Assembly: GCA_965223845.1 (NCBI GenBank)
Contig: CBDCXR010000004.1
Span: forward strand, 96,001-160,000
Direction: 5' to 3'
Length of the DNA: 64,000 nucleotides
Origin: Planctomycetota bacterium
GTDB lineage: Bacteria; Planctomycetota; UBA8108; SXIK01
Both the position numbers and the translations under genes were made by a program. Below, in pieces: positions 1-10,203 of this stretch. The notes below the pieces were generated by a model that did no database searches, was not told where the DNA came from, and worked only from the letters and a program-made list of their open reading frames with translations. The stretch's first letter is position 1, and the number at the start of each line of letters is the position of its first letter.

Positions 1-416
1 CCGGTGGCGACTCCGAAGCCGTAGCCGTCGTCGTCGAGGCCGTTCGCACGGGGCGCCGCGACGTAGCGGTCCCCGTCGCGGAGATAGAGACGATTGGGGG
101 CCGCGGCCTGCGGACGGTCGGGACTCGGCGCGCGCACGTGGTAGAGGTCGAGATCGCCGTCCGCATCCGCATCGAAGAGCGCGACCCCGCCCGTGTAGAG
201 CTCGGGAATCGCGTAGCGGCCATCGGGCCAGCGCGGCATCGCGTTCGGCAGTCCCACCGATTCCGTTACGTCGCGAAAGAGAGGCGGAGTCATCTCGGTG
301 TCTCCGCCGCATCCGGTGCACGCGCCGCTGAGAATCGCTACGAGCCAGATCCGGCGCAGCGTCGTCCTACCGGCGCGTCGCGCCGCTTCGCTTCTCAACC
401 CGAGTCGTCCGTCCAT
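1..416 (-). CDS. CRTAC1/FG-GAP (ASPIC-UnbV type) repeat lipoprotein, 3' end outside the window
   Basis: Manual translation of the minus strand from ATG 416: MDGRLG..IWLVAILSGACTGC..LFRDVTESVGL..GGVALFDADADGDLDLY..NRLYLRDG..GYGFGVATG; FG-GAP motif DxDGDLDLY and a lipobox-like Cys. Absent from the ORF track because there is no stop in the window. Confidence 0.85.
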   Translation of the reverse strand, partial: MDGRLGLRSEAARRAGRTTLRRIWLVAILSGACTGCGGDTEMTPPLFRDVTESVGLPNAMPRWPDGRYAIPELYTGGVALFDADADGDLDLYHVRAPSPDRPQAAAPNRLYLRDGDRYVAAPRANGLDDDGYGFGVAT

Positions 417-554
417 CGGCCGCGAGCGATTCTGAACTCCGTTAGCCACCGGGCGAATCGCGAACGGCCGCGACGCTCACCCGCGTAGATCTCGTCCGGC
501 GGGCATCGATAGAATGGCAGAGTCGCCCTCAATCGTAAACGGAGGATCGCCGAA

Positions 555-1526
555 GTGAGTTCTCTCGACCGTCAACGCGTTCGGCGTCACTCGGTGCGCA
601 GCCGGTCGAATTTTCGCTCGATCGCCGTGAGCGCCGCTTTTCTCTTCGGCGTGAGCTGCGATCGGGAGCGAGAACCACCTCCCGCGGCCATCGAGGCCGT
701 CGATGAAGCGCGAGCATTCCTTTCCCAAGGAAGCGCGGGGCTCGCGCTCGAGCGGCTCGACGAAGCGCTCGAGTTGGCTCCCGAGTACACGGACGCGCTC
801 GTCGTTCGCGGGCGCACGCACCGTCGCGCCGGCGATCTCGAGAAAGCGGAGATCGATCTCTCACGTGCGGTCGAGCTCGATCCCGACCGCGCCGAGATCC
901 ACTACGAGCTCGGCGCGGTGCTCTCGCAGAGGGCGAAGCTCAAGGCCGCGATCGAGAGCTACACGAAAGCCGTCCTCATCAAGCGCGACTACGTCGAAGC
1001 ACTCGTCGATCGAGCCACCGTGCACCAGCGGCTCGGCGACCTCGACGCTGCGATCGCGGACTGCAGCGCTGCGCTCCGTCTAAATTCGTTCAACGCCGCC
1101 GTCCTGGTCAATCGCGGCGTCTTCTACGGGCAGAAGGGAGACCGCACCCGTGCGCGCTCCGACTGGGACGCGGCGATCCGGACGAGCCCGCAGTTCGCCG
1201 GAGGCTACGTCAGCCGCGGTGTCGACTCGGCCATTCATGGAGACCTCGACGCGGCGCGTGCCGACCTCGCCAAAGCGGTCGAGCTCGAGCCGCACCATCC
1301 GAGCGCGCGCCGGTTCTACGCTCGAGCGCTCGCGGAGACGGGAGAGCATCGCCGGGCGATCGCCGAGTTGACGATCCTCATCGAGAGGCGTCCGACGGCC
1401 GACCTCTACTCCGCGCGCGCCGCTTCGTATCGAGCCCTCGGTGACGAGGATCTCGCGCGCGGAGATGAAGAACGGGCGAGAACGACGCGGGAGGCGCCGA
1501 CGCGAACGCCTCCGCCGCGCCGGTAG
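555..1526 (+). CDS. Tetratricopeptide repeat lipoprotein
   Basis: Multiple TPR units (e.g. ALVVRGRTH..AEIDLSRAVELDP, ALVDRATVHQRLGDLDAAIADCSAALRLN); lipobox-like FGVSC; divergent from the CRTAC gene. Confidence 0.85.
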   Translation: MSSLDRQRVRRHSVRSRSNFRSIAVSAAFLFGVSCDREREPPPAAIEAVDEARAFLSQGSAGLALERLDEALELAPEYTDALVVRGRTHRRAGDLEKAEIDLSRAVELDPDRAEIHYELGAVLSQRAKLKAAIESYTKAVLIKRDYVEALVDRATVHQRLGDLDAAIADCSAALRLNSFNAAVLVNRGVFYGQKGDRTRARSDWDAAIRTSPQFAGGYVSRGVDSAIHGDLDAARADLAKAVELEPHHPSARRFYARALAETGEHRRAIAELTILIERRPTADLYSARAASYRALGDEDLARGDEERARTTREAPTRTPPPRR

Positions 1527-1531
1527 GCGAT

Positions 1532-1903
1532 TCAGTCGGGCTGGGCGTATTTTTCCTCGAGCTCTTTCCGGTGGGCTTCGAGATGCTCCTCGAGCTCCCG
1601 TTTTCGCTGCTGGCGCTCTGCCCGTTGGTAGATCGTCCACGGCAGGATTACCGTGTCGGCGACCGAGGAAATCGGCAGGTCGAGAATGATGAGCGGCGTC
1701 AGGAACGGCTGCGCTCCGCCTCTCTCGAATGCCTCCCCGATCCAGCGTCCATCGGTGCGGATGCCGCCGTAAACCACCGGGGCCGTGGCACCGTGGTGTG
1801 GAGATGACGCGCGGAGCTGCGAGGCGAAGGTTCCACATCCCGTCGCGAGCGGAAGAAGACCCGACGCGACGAATAGGACGATCGATCGAGCCGCGGATTT
1901 CAT
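1532..1903 (-). CDS. YceK/YidQ (DUF1375) family lipoprotein
   Basis: LATGCGT lipobox, VYGGIRTD and LDLPISSVADTVILPWTIY family signature. Confidence 0.85.
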   Translation of the reverse strand: MKSAARSIVLFVASGLLPLATGCGTFASQLRASSPHHGATAPVVYGGIRTDGRWIGEAFERGGAQPFLTPLIILDLPISSVADTVILPWTIYQRAERQQRKRELEEHLEAHRKELEEKYAQPD

Positions 1904-1967
1904 GACGCTTGCATGCTAACACTCGCGCCGAGAATCTCGATTCGTGGACGCGAAGAGAATCGCCCGA

Positions 1968-2534
1968 CTACTGCCGCTCGACCTTCGCAGACGTTTTTTG
2001 AATCAAGCTCGGCACGAATCGCTCGAGATAGCCGGCGATGAACGCCCACACGAACATCTTCGCCGCGTCGGCGTTAGTGCTGGGCCGACACCGCTCCATC
2101 AACTCTCGCATCCCGACGTACATCCCGTCCTCGCCGTCTAGATTCTGAAACTCGGGGAATAGCGTCCCCGAGATGATCCCGCTCATAAACGAGATGTAGA
2201 GAAAGACAGCAAAGACGATCGCGACGAGAGACTTCCACGCTAGAAAATAGAGTTGATCGCGCGCGGACCCAAGACTCGGCGCTTCCTTGCCCCGGCTGCC
2301 GCCTTTCGTGAGAGAGAGGTTGGTCGCGCTCCCCAGTACGGCCGCGAGAAACACGAAGACGAGGATCGGCGGCTCGCCGATACTATTGGGATCGGCGACG
2401 AAGATCGAAACGAGTGCGATCAAGAGAAGGACGGAGAGGAGAAGAACGACGAAGCGTCGAATCCACTCGTCCGGACGGTCCGTCGATGGAGTTTCTTGTT
2501 GCTGATTCCGTTCGCCCAGATTGCCCGCTTCCAT
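1968..2534 (-). CDS. Hypothetical membrane protein (about 4 TM)
   Basis: Four hydrophobic segments; C-terminal WAFIAGYLERFVPSLI motif. Confidence 0.7.
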   Translation of the reverse strand: MEAGNLGERNQQQETPSTDRPDEWIRRFVVLLLSVLLLIALVSIFVADPNSIGEPPILVFVFLAAVLGSATNLSLTKGGSRGKEAPSLGSARDQLYFLAWKSLVAIVFAVFLYISFMSGIISGTLFPEFQNLDGEDGMYVGMRELMERCRPSTNADAAKMFVWAFIAGYLERFVPSLIQKTSAKVERQ

Positions 2535-2777
2535 AACGTCGTCTCGTGGAGAACTGAACCCTCATCGATTCGGGAGTCCACTCGCCGCGGTGTCGCGCGA
2601 GTCGGACTCTTGACTACGAATTCCAGCGTATCAGACCCGACCACCGGAATTCTCAATGGATTCGATGGGTAGCGTGCCACGATCTCGTCGCTGTTGATCG
2701 GAGCCACGCGGAACCGACTCCGGACATCGAGCTAACGAACCTTCGTGCGGGGCACACAGAATGCGAAACCTAGTCAC

Positions 2778-3572
2778 GTGAACGATTGGAATCCCATTCA
2801 GTACGAACGCTTCTCCGCCGAGAGGCTCAGGCCCGCGCTCGAGCTCCTAGCGCGAATTCCTCTCGTATCGCCACGCGTCGTCTGCGATCTCGGTTGTGGC
2901 ACCGGCGAGGTCACGCGTCGCCTCGCCGAGCGCTGGCGCTCGGCTGAGGTCTACGGACTCGATCACTCACGCGAGATGCTCGAAGCTGCCCGGGCGACAC
3001 CGGACGGCTCGATTCACTGGATCGAAGGCGATCTCGCCGACTGGACGCCAACGGAGAGACCGGACGTGATCTACTCGAACGCCGCGCTTCACTGGGTGGA
3101 GCGACACGAAGAGCTCTTGCCGCGCCTCGTGCGTTCTCTGGCTCCCGGTGGATGCCTCGCCGTTCAGATGCCGCTTAGCTGGGAGCTTCCGTCCCACCGT
3201 CTCATGCGTGAGGTGCTGGCAAACGGCGGGGAGGGCGGCCGGCCACTCGGGTCCGACGAGCTTCGTCGCCGCATGGCGCGGAAGTGGGTGGGTGATCCCG
3301 ACGATTACTACGACCTCCTCGCCGAGATGGCTCCCATTCTCGACATCTGGGAGACGCGCTACTTTCATGTTTTGACCGGCGACGATCCCGTGCTCGAATG
3401 GGTGAAGGGGACTGGGCTTCGGCCGATTCTGCACGCACTCGGGGCGGATGAACGCTCGCTCTTCCTCAACGGGTACCGGCGCCGATTGCGCGAGGCGTAT
3501 CCACCGCAGGCCGACGGACGAACGCTCTATCCATTCGGGCGACTGTTCATCGTCGCGCAATCCGCTAGCTGA
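2778..3572 (+). CDS. tam: Trans-aconitate 2-methyltransferase
   Basis: WNPIQYERF..RLRPALELL, SAM motif DLGCGTG, SNAALHWV, VLEWVKGTGLRP, YPFGRLFIVA. Confidence 0.9.
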   Translation: MNDWNPIQYERFSAERLRPALELLARIPLVSPRVVCDLGCGTGEVTRRLAERWRSAEVYGLDHSREMLEAARATPDGSIHWIEGDLADWTPTERPDVIYSNAALHWVERHEELLPRLVRSLAPGGCLAVQMPLSWELPSHRLMREVLANGGEGGRPLGSDELRRRMARKWVGDPDDYYDLLAEMAPILDIWETRYFHVLTGDDPVLEWVKGTGLRPILHALGADERSLFLNGYRRRLREAYPPQADGRTLYPFGRLFIVAQSAS

Positions 3573-3650
3573 CGCCGATGTGAGCCAGGGCGCAATGTCC
3601 CGGGCCGAGTCGGCGATCGATTCGTGGACTCTCCGATTCGAGGTGTTTCG

Positions 3651-4928
3651 ATGACCGAACGCGAAGATACGAACTCTCCCTCGCTCACGGGCCGCGAACC
3701 TCGATCGAAGCGAGCTCGCCGGCGAGTGTTCCTTCGCGCCGGACTCGGCGCGGGAGTCGCCGCGATCGCCGCGCCGGGAATCGCGCGATCGTATCCCGCG
3801 AATGAAGAGATTCGCATCGGCGCCATCGGAACCGGCGGGCGTTCCCGCCGCGCACTCATTCCCGCCGCGAAGGCTGCCGGCAGTACTCGCCTCGTCGCGG
3901 TTTGCGACGTGTGGACGAGCGCGCTCGAAGCGGCGCGCGCGCTCGCCGATGCCGGGGCGTTCGCGACGAAGAATCACGACGAGTTACTCGCTCGAAAGGA
4001 CATCGACGCCGTCATCATCGCGACGCCGGATCATCTGCACGTCCCCGTGACCGTCGATGCCTGCCGCGCCGGCAAGGACGTCTACGTCGAGAAGCCGCTC
4101 ACGCACAATGTCGCCGAGGGGGCCGCGGTCATCGCCGCGCAGAACGAGCACCGTCGCGTCGTCCAGGTCGGCATGCAGCAGCGGAGTATGCCCCAGTTCG
4201 TCAAGGCGCATGAGCTCGTCCGTTCCGGCGCGCTCGGAACGATCTTCAAGGTTCACTTGACGTGGAACCGAAACGCAGACATCCGCCGGCATGCGTACGG
4301 GATCCGCCCGCAGGATGTCGATTGGAAACGCTTCCTCGGCGGCGCGAAATCGCAGGACTTCGACGAGTACCGGTTTCGAAACTGGCGCTGGTTCTGGGAT
4401 TTCGGCGGCGGAATCCTCACCGATCTCATGGTGCACTACATCGATGTCGCACACTGGTTTCTCGGTCTCGATCATCCCGAAACCGCCGCGACGATCGGAG
4501 ATCACATTCAAGCGCAAGGACTCTGGGAGACTCCGGAGACCATTCAGACGCTCCTTCACTATCCGAAGAACGGAGTGCAGATCTATTTCGAAGGAACATT
4601 TTCGAACGCGCGGAACCGCGCGATGCTCGAGTTCATGGGGCGGAACGGCACCCTCTACCTCGATCGCGGGCGCTACGAGTTTCATCCCGAGCGCGGGCGC
4701 GGCGAGTTCGCGGAGTTCGCGCCGGGAAAGGACGAGCGCGGCGCCGACTTCGACCGCGCCGTCGACGGCGGACTCTTCCACATGAAGAACTGGCTCGAGT
4801 GCGTCCGCAGCCGAGCGAAGCCGCGCGCGCCGGCCGAGGCGGGAGTGAGCGCCGTCACCGGCGCTCACCTCGGAAACTTGGCGTACCGCCGGGCGGAGCG
4901 GGTACGCTGGACGGAGCCATCGCGCTGA
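3651..4928 (+). CDS. Gfo/Idh/MocA family oxidoreductase with Tat signal
   Basis: RRVFL Tat motif, IGTGGR, ATPDHLH, KDVYVEKP, NWRWFWDFGGGILTD; RBS GAGGTG. Confidence 0.92.
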   Translation: MTEREDTNSPSLTGREPRSKRARRRVFLRAGLGAGVAAIAAPGIARSYPANEEIRIGAIGTGGRSRRALIPAAKAAGSTRLVAVCDVWTSALEAARALADAGAFATKNHDELLARKDIDAVIIATPDHLHVPVTVDACRAGKDVYVEKPLTHNVAEGAAVIAAQNEHRRVVQVGMQQRSMPQFVKAHELVRSGALGTIFKVHLTWNRNADIRRHAYGIRPQDVDWKRFLGGAKSQDFDEYRFRNWRWFWDFGGGILTDLMVHYIDVAHWFLGLDHPETAATIGDHIQAQGLWETPETIQTLLHYPKNGVQIYFEGTFSNARNRAMLEFMGRNGTLYLDRGRYEFHPERGRGEFAEFAPGKDERGADFDRAVDGGLFHMKNWLECVRSRAKPRAPAEAGVSAVTGAHLGNLAYRRAERVRWTEPSR

Positions 4929-5115
4929 CACCACGCCGAGGCGATCGAGGGGTTCGTCCCGGTGGCTGGAATCGGACGGAAGACCGCCTCCCGGGCGAGG
5001 TTCCGAGCGCGACTCCCCGACCGATCCGAAGATTCTTGTCCCGTGACGGATTCCTTTCGCAGTTCGCCGTATTGGGCGATCTACCGCGGACCGAAACGGA
5101 ACGAACACCAACCGA

Positions 5116-5763
5116 ATGAACTCCGAACTGAAGGATTCCAGCGAGACCGTCGAGCTTCTCCGCCGCGTGGGCGACGGCGACGGCGAGGTACTCGACGGTC
5201 TCCTCTCGAAGCACCGCGAGCGCCTCCGCCGCATGATCCACCTTCGGATGGCTCGGCCGCTCCAGGGCCGGATCGATGCGTCGGATGTCATTCAAGATGC
5301 TTTCCTCGAGGCTTCGCAGCGAATCGGAGACTACCTGAAGAAACCGGATATGCCGTTCTTCCTCTGGCTCCGCTTCATCACTCGACAAAAGCTGCTCGCG
5401 CTTCACCGCCACCACGTCGGCACGAAGGCACGCGACCCGCGCCGCGAGGTGAAACTCTACGGCGGTGCCACGCCCGAAGCGACTACGGAGGCCCTCGCCG
5501 CACAGCTCCTCGGAAAGCACACGTCGCCGTCGGTCGTCGTCGCTCGCGCCGAGATGCAGATTCAGCTTCAGGACGCGCTCAACCAGCTCGAGCCCATCGA
5601 GCGTGAGGTCCTCGCCCTCCGTCACTTCGAGCAGCTGTCGAATTCAGAGACCGCCGCCGAGCTCGACATCTCCGAAGCCGCCGCAAGCAAGCGCTACATC
5701 CGCTCGCTCGCGAAGCTGAAGGGCGTTCTGATGCATCTCAAGATGGACACCGACTTTCGCTGA
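5116..5763 (+). CDS. ECF sigma-70 factor, planctomycete kinase-associated type
   Basis: GRIDASDVIQDAFLEA, FFLWLRFIT, HRHH..KARDPRREV, TSPS, REVLALRHFEQLSNSETA..ISEAAASKRY. Confidence 0.92.
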   Translation: MNSELKDSSETVELLRRVGDGDGEVLDGLLSKHRERLRRMIHLRMARPLQGRIDASDVIQDAFLEASQRIGDYLKKPDMPFFLWLRFITRQKLLALHRHHVGTKARDPRREVKLYGGATPEATTEALAAQLLGKHTSPSVVVARAEMQIQLQDALNQLEPIEREVLALRHFEQLSNSETAAELDISEAAASKRYIRSLAKLKGVLMHLKMDTDFR

Positions 5764-5828
5764 GCGCCACCGTGGGAGTTCGCCCGGCGCGTGATGAGAG
5801 GTCCCACCCGGACACCTACCGGAGTCGA

Positions 5829-8800
5829 ATGAACCGATCTCCTTCCGATTCCCGCGATCCGCTCGACGAGCTCGCCGAGGAGTTTCTCGAGCGCCTCCGG
5901 CGCGGTGAGCATCCCGAGATCCGTGAGTACACCGAACGGTATCCCGAGCTCGCGGAAGGAATCGAAGAGCTCTTTCCGACGCTCTACATCATGGAGGAGC
6001 TCGCACCGGGAGAGACGGCGGAGCGCCACCCTCTCCTTGAAGTCGGTCCCCGAGAACCCTCGCGGCTCGGTGAGTATCGACTTCTTCGCGAGGTCGGACG
6101 CGGCGGCATGGGGGTCGTTTACGAGGCCGAGCAGGAATCGCTCGGACGCCGAGTCGCTCTCAAGGTGCTGCTCGCTCGCGCGTTCGTCGACGATACCCAT
6201 CTCGAACGCTTCCGTCTCGAGGCGCGCGCCGCGGCTCGGCTTCACCATACGAACATCGTTCCCGTGTTCGGCGTCGGCGAGCACGAAGGGACCCACTACT
6301 ACGCGATGCAGTTCATCCGCGGTCAGAGTCTCGCGGAGATCATCGGGGAGGTGAAGTCGCTCCGAGCGCGGAGCCGGGGGAGTGATGGACTGGTCGCCGC
6401 GGGATTTCCACCCGCTTCGGACATCGCGGCCTCGCTCGCGACGGGCGCGTTTGTCGTTCCGAGGTCGGAGGAAGAGGACGCCGAACGGATCGAGCCCGCG
6501 ACGAGAACGACCACCCAACCCGTTTCGGCCCCCGGCGTCGATCGCTCGGAGATCTCCGCATCGTCGACGACCGTTCTCACTCGGGACGGCAGCACGTCGA
6601 CGCAAGTCGATCCCGACTCGACGTATTTTCGAAGCGTCGCTCGCATCGTCATGAACGTCGCCGACGCGCTCGCCTACGCTCATGGCGAAGGAGTTCTCCA
6701 CCGCGACATCAAGCCGTCGAATCTTCTCCTCGATACGCGCGGCGCGGTCTGGATGACGGACTTCGGTCTCGCTAAGTCGGACGACTCCGACGATCTCACC
6801 CAGTCGGGAAACGTCGTGGGCACGCTTCGCTACATGGCGCCCGAGCGATTTCGTGGCGAATCGGACGCGCGGAGCGATGTCTACAGCCTCGGCGTTACGC
6901 TCTACGAGCTTCTCGCGCTTCGCCCGGCTTTCGATGCGAGCGATCGCGCCACCCTCGTTCAGCAGATCGCGCAGCGCGAGCCCACCCCGCTTCGACGAGT
7001 CGATCCGCGGATTCCGCGGGATCTCGAGACGATCGTCGAGAAGGCTGCCGCGAAGGAGGCGCGCGATCGCTACGCGACGAGCGCGGAGCTCGAAGCCGAC
7101 CTCCGGCGCTTTCTCAGCTATCAGCCGATCTCGGCGCGACGGTTCACGATGGCCGAACGCGGATGGCGCTGGTGTCAGCGGAACCCGGCGATCGCGGTGC
7201 TCACCGTCCTCGCCGTCGTGCTCACGGCCGTGCTCGCGGTGGTGTCGACCGTCTCCGCGGTCCGCCTCGGAAACCGTCTCGCCGAGGCGAAGCTCGAAGA
7301 AGGACGCGCGTGGCGTCAGAGTGGCGAGCGGGGACAGCGGTTGCGCGCGCTCGCGGCGCTCACGGAAGCCGCGAGAAGGGCGCCGTCGCGGGAGATACGG
7401 AACGAGGTGATCGCCGCGTGGGCGCTCACCGACATCGAAGAAATCGAGCGCTGGGAAACGGAGGAGTCCGTTCTTCACTTCGATCGATTCGGCGAACGGT
7501 CCGCGCGGGCTCGTCCCGATCAATCGATCGAAGTGTTCGACGCGAAAGATCGGCGACGCGTGATCGCGAAACTGCCGGCGATCGGTCTCCGCGTCTGGTG
7601 GATGGGATTCAGCCCCGACGGCCGCACGCTCGCCGCGACCTATCACTCGTCGACGACCCGTCTCGTCCTTTGGGATCTGGCGACGCAAGCACGCGTGCTC
7701 GAAGCCGATGTTTACGCCGGCGGCCTCCCCGTCGCATTCGCGCCGGACGGTAAGGAAATCGTCGTCATCGGCCCCGATCGGACGGCCTCCGTGCGGTCGT
7801 TTCCCGGCGGTGAGCTCGTCCGCAAATTCGCGATCGGCGAGCGAACGCGCTGGCTCGCCTGGAGTCCCGATGGTCGCGATCTCGCTCTCAGTGGGAAGAC
7901 GCTCGAGGTGACGATCTACGATGTAGAGCGGGGAGTACCGCGCCTGCGCTTGATCCATCCGCGGCACACCGAGCGCGCGTACTGGCATCCGTCGCTTCCG
8001 CTCTTGGCGGTCTCGTGCTTCGACGGCGGCGCTCACGTCTGGGACACGGAGACGGGCGAGCGAGTGTTCCACCTCCAGGGTCATTCCGCCGAGTGTGTCG
8101 ACGCACGATTCGATCACTCCGGTCGATTCCTCGTCACTAGCGGATGGGACGGACGCGTTGCACTCTGGGACGTACTGAGTGGTGAACGCGTGCTCGGTGC
8201 GTGGGGACACGCCGTAGCGTTCACGCGCGACGATTCTGGAATCGTGTTCCGAATCGGACGCCATCGTCACGGCGTGTGGCGAGTCGCGAAGAGCCGCGAT
8301 TTCCAGCGCATCCATGTGCCGACACTCGGACGGAAGTCTCCGACCGCCGTCCAGATCTCACCGGACAGGCGCTGGGTTCTCGCGGCGACTGGGCCGAGCG
8401 GCATCGCACTCTGGCCGGCTGACGAGCCCAGTCGACAGCTACGGATCGAGCTCGGGTGGTCGGCGCATGCGGTGTTCGCTCCATCGAGCGACGCGTTTTA
8501 CGCGGCCTCGAGCGGAGTCGGCGTGGAGCGCTGGGCGATTCGGCGCTCTTCCGAGGCGCATGAGTGGGTCGTCGGTCCGGGAGAAGCCCTCGGAATTCCC
8601 GGAACCGGTCCGATTTCGCTGTCTCGAGACGGACGGCGATTGAGCATGCAGGACCGCTCCGTGGCCGTCGTGTACGAGCTTCCGGGGTCGCGGGAACTCT
8701 TTCGTCGCGATCGCTCGATGAGCAACTACGCGGAGCTCAGCCCCGACGGTCGCTGGATCGCCATCGGCAACTGGCAAGGCGAAGATCTCGAAATTTGGGA

Positions 8801-10190
8801 CGTCGATCGCGCCGAGCTCGTGAAGAAGTTCAAGTCGCGAACGGCGCGCGGATCCTTCAGTCCCGACGGTCGCTGGTTCGCGTTCCTCACCGGCCCGTAC
8901 TCGGATCTCTATCAGACGGACGGTTGGCGATTGGTAGGCCGACATGAGCGGAGTACCGAGGGCGATCTTCCGGGCGCCGCTTCGTTTTCGGGGGACGGCA
9001 GAGTGCTCGCGATCGCGAGCACGCGAGGACGCGTGGATCTCTACGGGACTCAACCATTCGCGGAGCTCGCACGGTTTGACGGCTCTACGGTGCGTCCGCA
9101 CGTCACGATGTGTTCGCTGAGTGCCGACCGCTCGCTTCTCGCGTACGCGACGATCGATCACCGAGTCGAGGTGTGGAATCTTCGATCGCTTCGTGAGCGA
9201 TTGCGGAGCTTGGGACTCGATTGGAGCGCGCCGTCGATCGACTCAGCCGCTCTCGATCCCGTCGAGTCGCTTCTCGTCGATTACGGCAAGGACGATGCGC
9301 TCCGTCGACCTCCTGTTCGGCCGCGAAGTGCAGAGCTCGAAGGCCAGGTTGCGGCCTACACCGAGCTCGTCGCCGCTGATCCGACGGCTGAAGTGCACCG
9401 CGGGCGAGCGGCGCTCCTCCGGAAGTTCACGCTGAACCGGGCGGCTCTCGATGATCTCGAGCGTGCCTCCACGTTCGCGCCGCAGGCGTTCGATCTGTCG
9501 CTCGAGCGCGCCGAGCTGCAAGCGAAGCTCGGCGATGGAGAGGCTGCGGCGGAAACGGCGGCGACCGCGCTCGAGCTTGTTCGCGCATATTTTGGCGGCA
9601 TTCCGGCGCATGGTGCGGCGGGGCGCAAAGAGTGGACGCGGACGTTTCTTCGCTGTGCGCGCATCATCGACTCCCACGGATCGCGGCGCGCCGCGCTCGA
9701 CGTCTACCTCGAGATCGTCCGCGAAAATGCGGGCGAGAGCGATCGATTCGAAGCCTTCGTTCGTGCGGGCGCACTCGCGGCTCTCGCAGGAACGGTCGCC
9801 GAAGCTGACGAGATGGTGGAGCGTGTTGCGGCCGAGACGGCACCGAGATTCAAAGAAGCGCCCGAGCTCAAATTCGTTCGGGCGGCACTCGATCTTCGTC
9901 GCGGGCGCTTAGCCGCTGCGGCTGCGGCGCTCGACGCCATGGGGGCGGGCGAAGCCGAGAGTCTCGGCGTTCGCGTCGAGCTCTGTCGCGCGCAAGTTGC
10001 TCTTCGCCGCGGTGACATCGACGCGTCGCGGAGGATCTATTCGGACGCCCGGACGCGGATTCACGCAAGTCCGAAGACGGAGCCGGGCGTCGGGCGCGAC
10101 ATCGACGCGCTCGTCTCCGAGCTCGAGAGCGCACTCGGCGATTCTGCGGCGACGGAATCTGAGTCCGCGGAGACGGCCGGCGGCGAGTGA
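5829..10190 (+). CDS. Ser/Thr protein kinase with TM segment, WD40 propellers and C-terminal TPR-like region
   Basis: GRGGMGVVY, VALK, HRDIKPSN, DFGLAK, GTLRYMAPE; hydrophobic IAVLTVLAVVLTAVLAVV; many SPDG/WD repeats. Confidence 0.93.
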   Translation: MNRSPSDSRDPLDELAEEFLERLRRGEHPEIREYTERYPELAEGIEELFPTLYIMEELAPGETAERHPLLEVGPREPSRLGEYRLLREVGRGGMGVVYEAEQESLGRRVALKVLLARAFVDDTHLERFRLEARAAARLHHTNIVPVFGVGEHEGTHYYAMQFIRGQSLAEIIGEVKSLRARSRGSDGLVAAGFPPASDIAASLATGAFVVPRSEEEDAERIEPATRTTTQPVSAPGVDRSEISASSTTVLTRDGSTSTQVDPDSTYFRSVARIVMNVADALAYAHGEGVLHRDIKPSNLLLDTRGAVWMTDFGLAKSDDSDDLTQSGNVVGTLRYMAPERFRGESDARSDVYSLGVTLYELLALRPAFDASDRATLVQQIAQREPTPLRRVDPRIPRDLETIVEKAAAKEARDRYATSAELEADLRRFLSYQPISARRFTMAERGWRWCQRNPAIAVLTVLAVVLTAVLAVVSTVSAVRLGNRLAEAKLEEGRAWRQSGERGQRLRALAALTEAARRAPSREIRNEVIAAWALTDIEEIERWETEESVLHFDRFGERSARARPDQSIEVFDAKDRRRVIAKLPAIGLRVWWMGFSPDGRTLAATYHSSTTRLVLWDLATQARVLEADVYAGGLPVAFAPDGKEIVVIGPDRTASVRSFPGGELVRKFAIGERTRWLAWSPDGRDLALSGKTLEVTIYDVERGVPRLRLIHPRHTERAYWHPSLPLLAVSCFDGGAHVWDTETGERVFHLQGHSAECVDARFDHSGRFLVTSGWDGRVALWDVLSGERVLGAWGHAVAFTRDDSGIVFRIGRHRHGVWRVAKSRDFQRIHVPTLGRKSPTAVQISPDRRWVLAATGPSGIALWPADEPSRQLRIELGWSAHAVFAPSSDAFYAASSGVGVERWAIRRSSEAHEWVVGPGEALGIPGTGPISLSRDGRRLSMQDRSVAVVYELPGSRELFRRDRSMSNYAELSPDGRWIAIGNWQGEDLEIWDVDRAELVKKFKSRTARGSFSPDGRWFAFLTGPYSDLYQTDGWRLVGRHERSTEGDLPGAASFSGDGRVLAIASTRGRVDLYGTQPFAELARFDGSTVRPHVTMCSLSADRSLLAYATIDHRVEVWNLRSLRERLRSLGLDWSAPSIDSAALDPVESLLVDYGKDDALRRPPVRPRSAELEGQVAAYTELVAADPTAEVHRGRAALLRKFTLNRAALDDLERASTFAPQAFDLSLERAELQAKLGDGEAAAETAATALELVRAYFGGIPAHGAAGRKEWTRTFLRCARIIDSHGSRRAALDVYLEIVRENAGESDRFEAFVRAGALAALAGTVAEADEMVERVAAETAPRFKEAPELKFVRAALDLRRGRLAAAAAALDAMGAGEAESLGVRVELCRAQVALRRGDIDASRRIYSDARTRIHASPKTEPGVGRDIDALVSELESALGDSAATESESAETAGGE

Positions 10191-10203
10191 GCTCCGTCCC
10201 GAC

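Noticed and set aside
5694-8315. Long antisense or alternate-frame ORFs (873 aa here; also 20839-22896, 38935-40986, 52223-54514, 57801-59432)
   Set aside because: They are shadows of well-supported genes in high-GC DNA, with Arg/Ala-rich composition and no family motifs.
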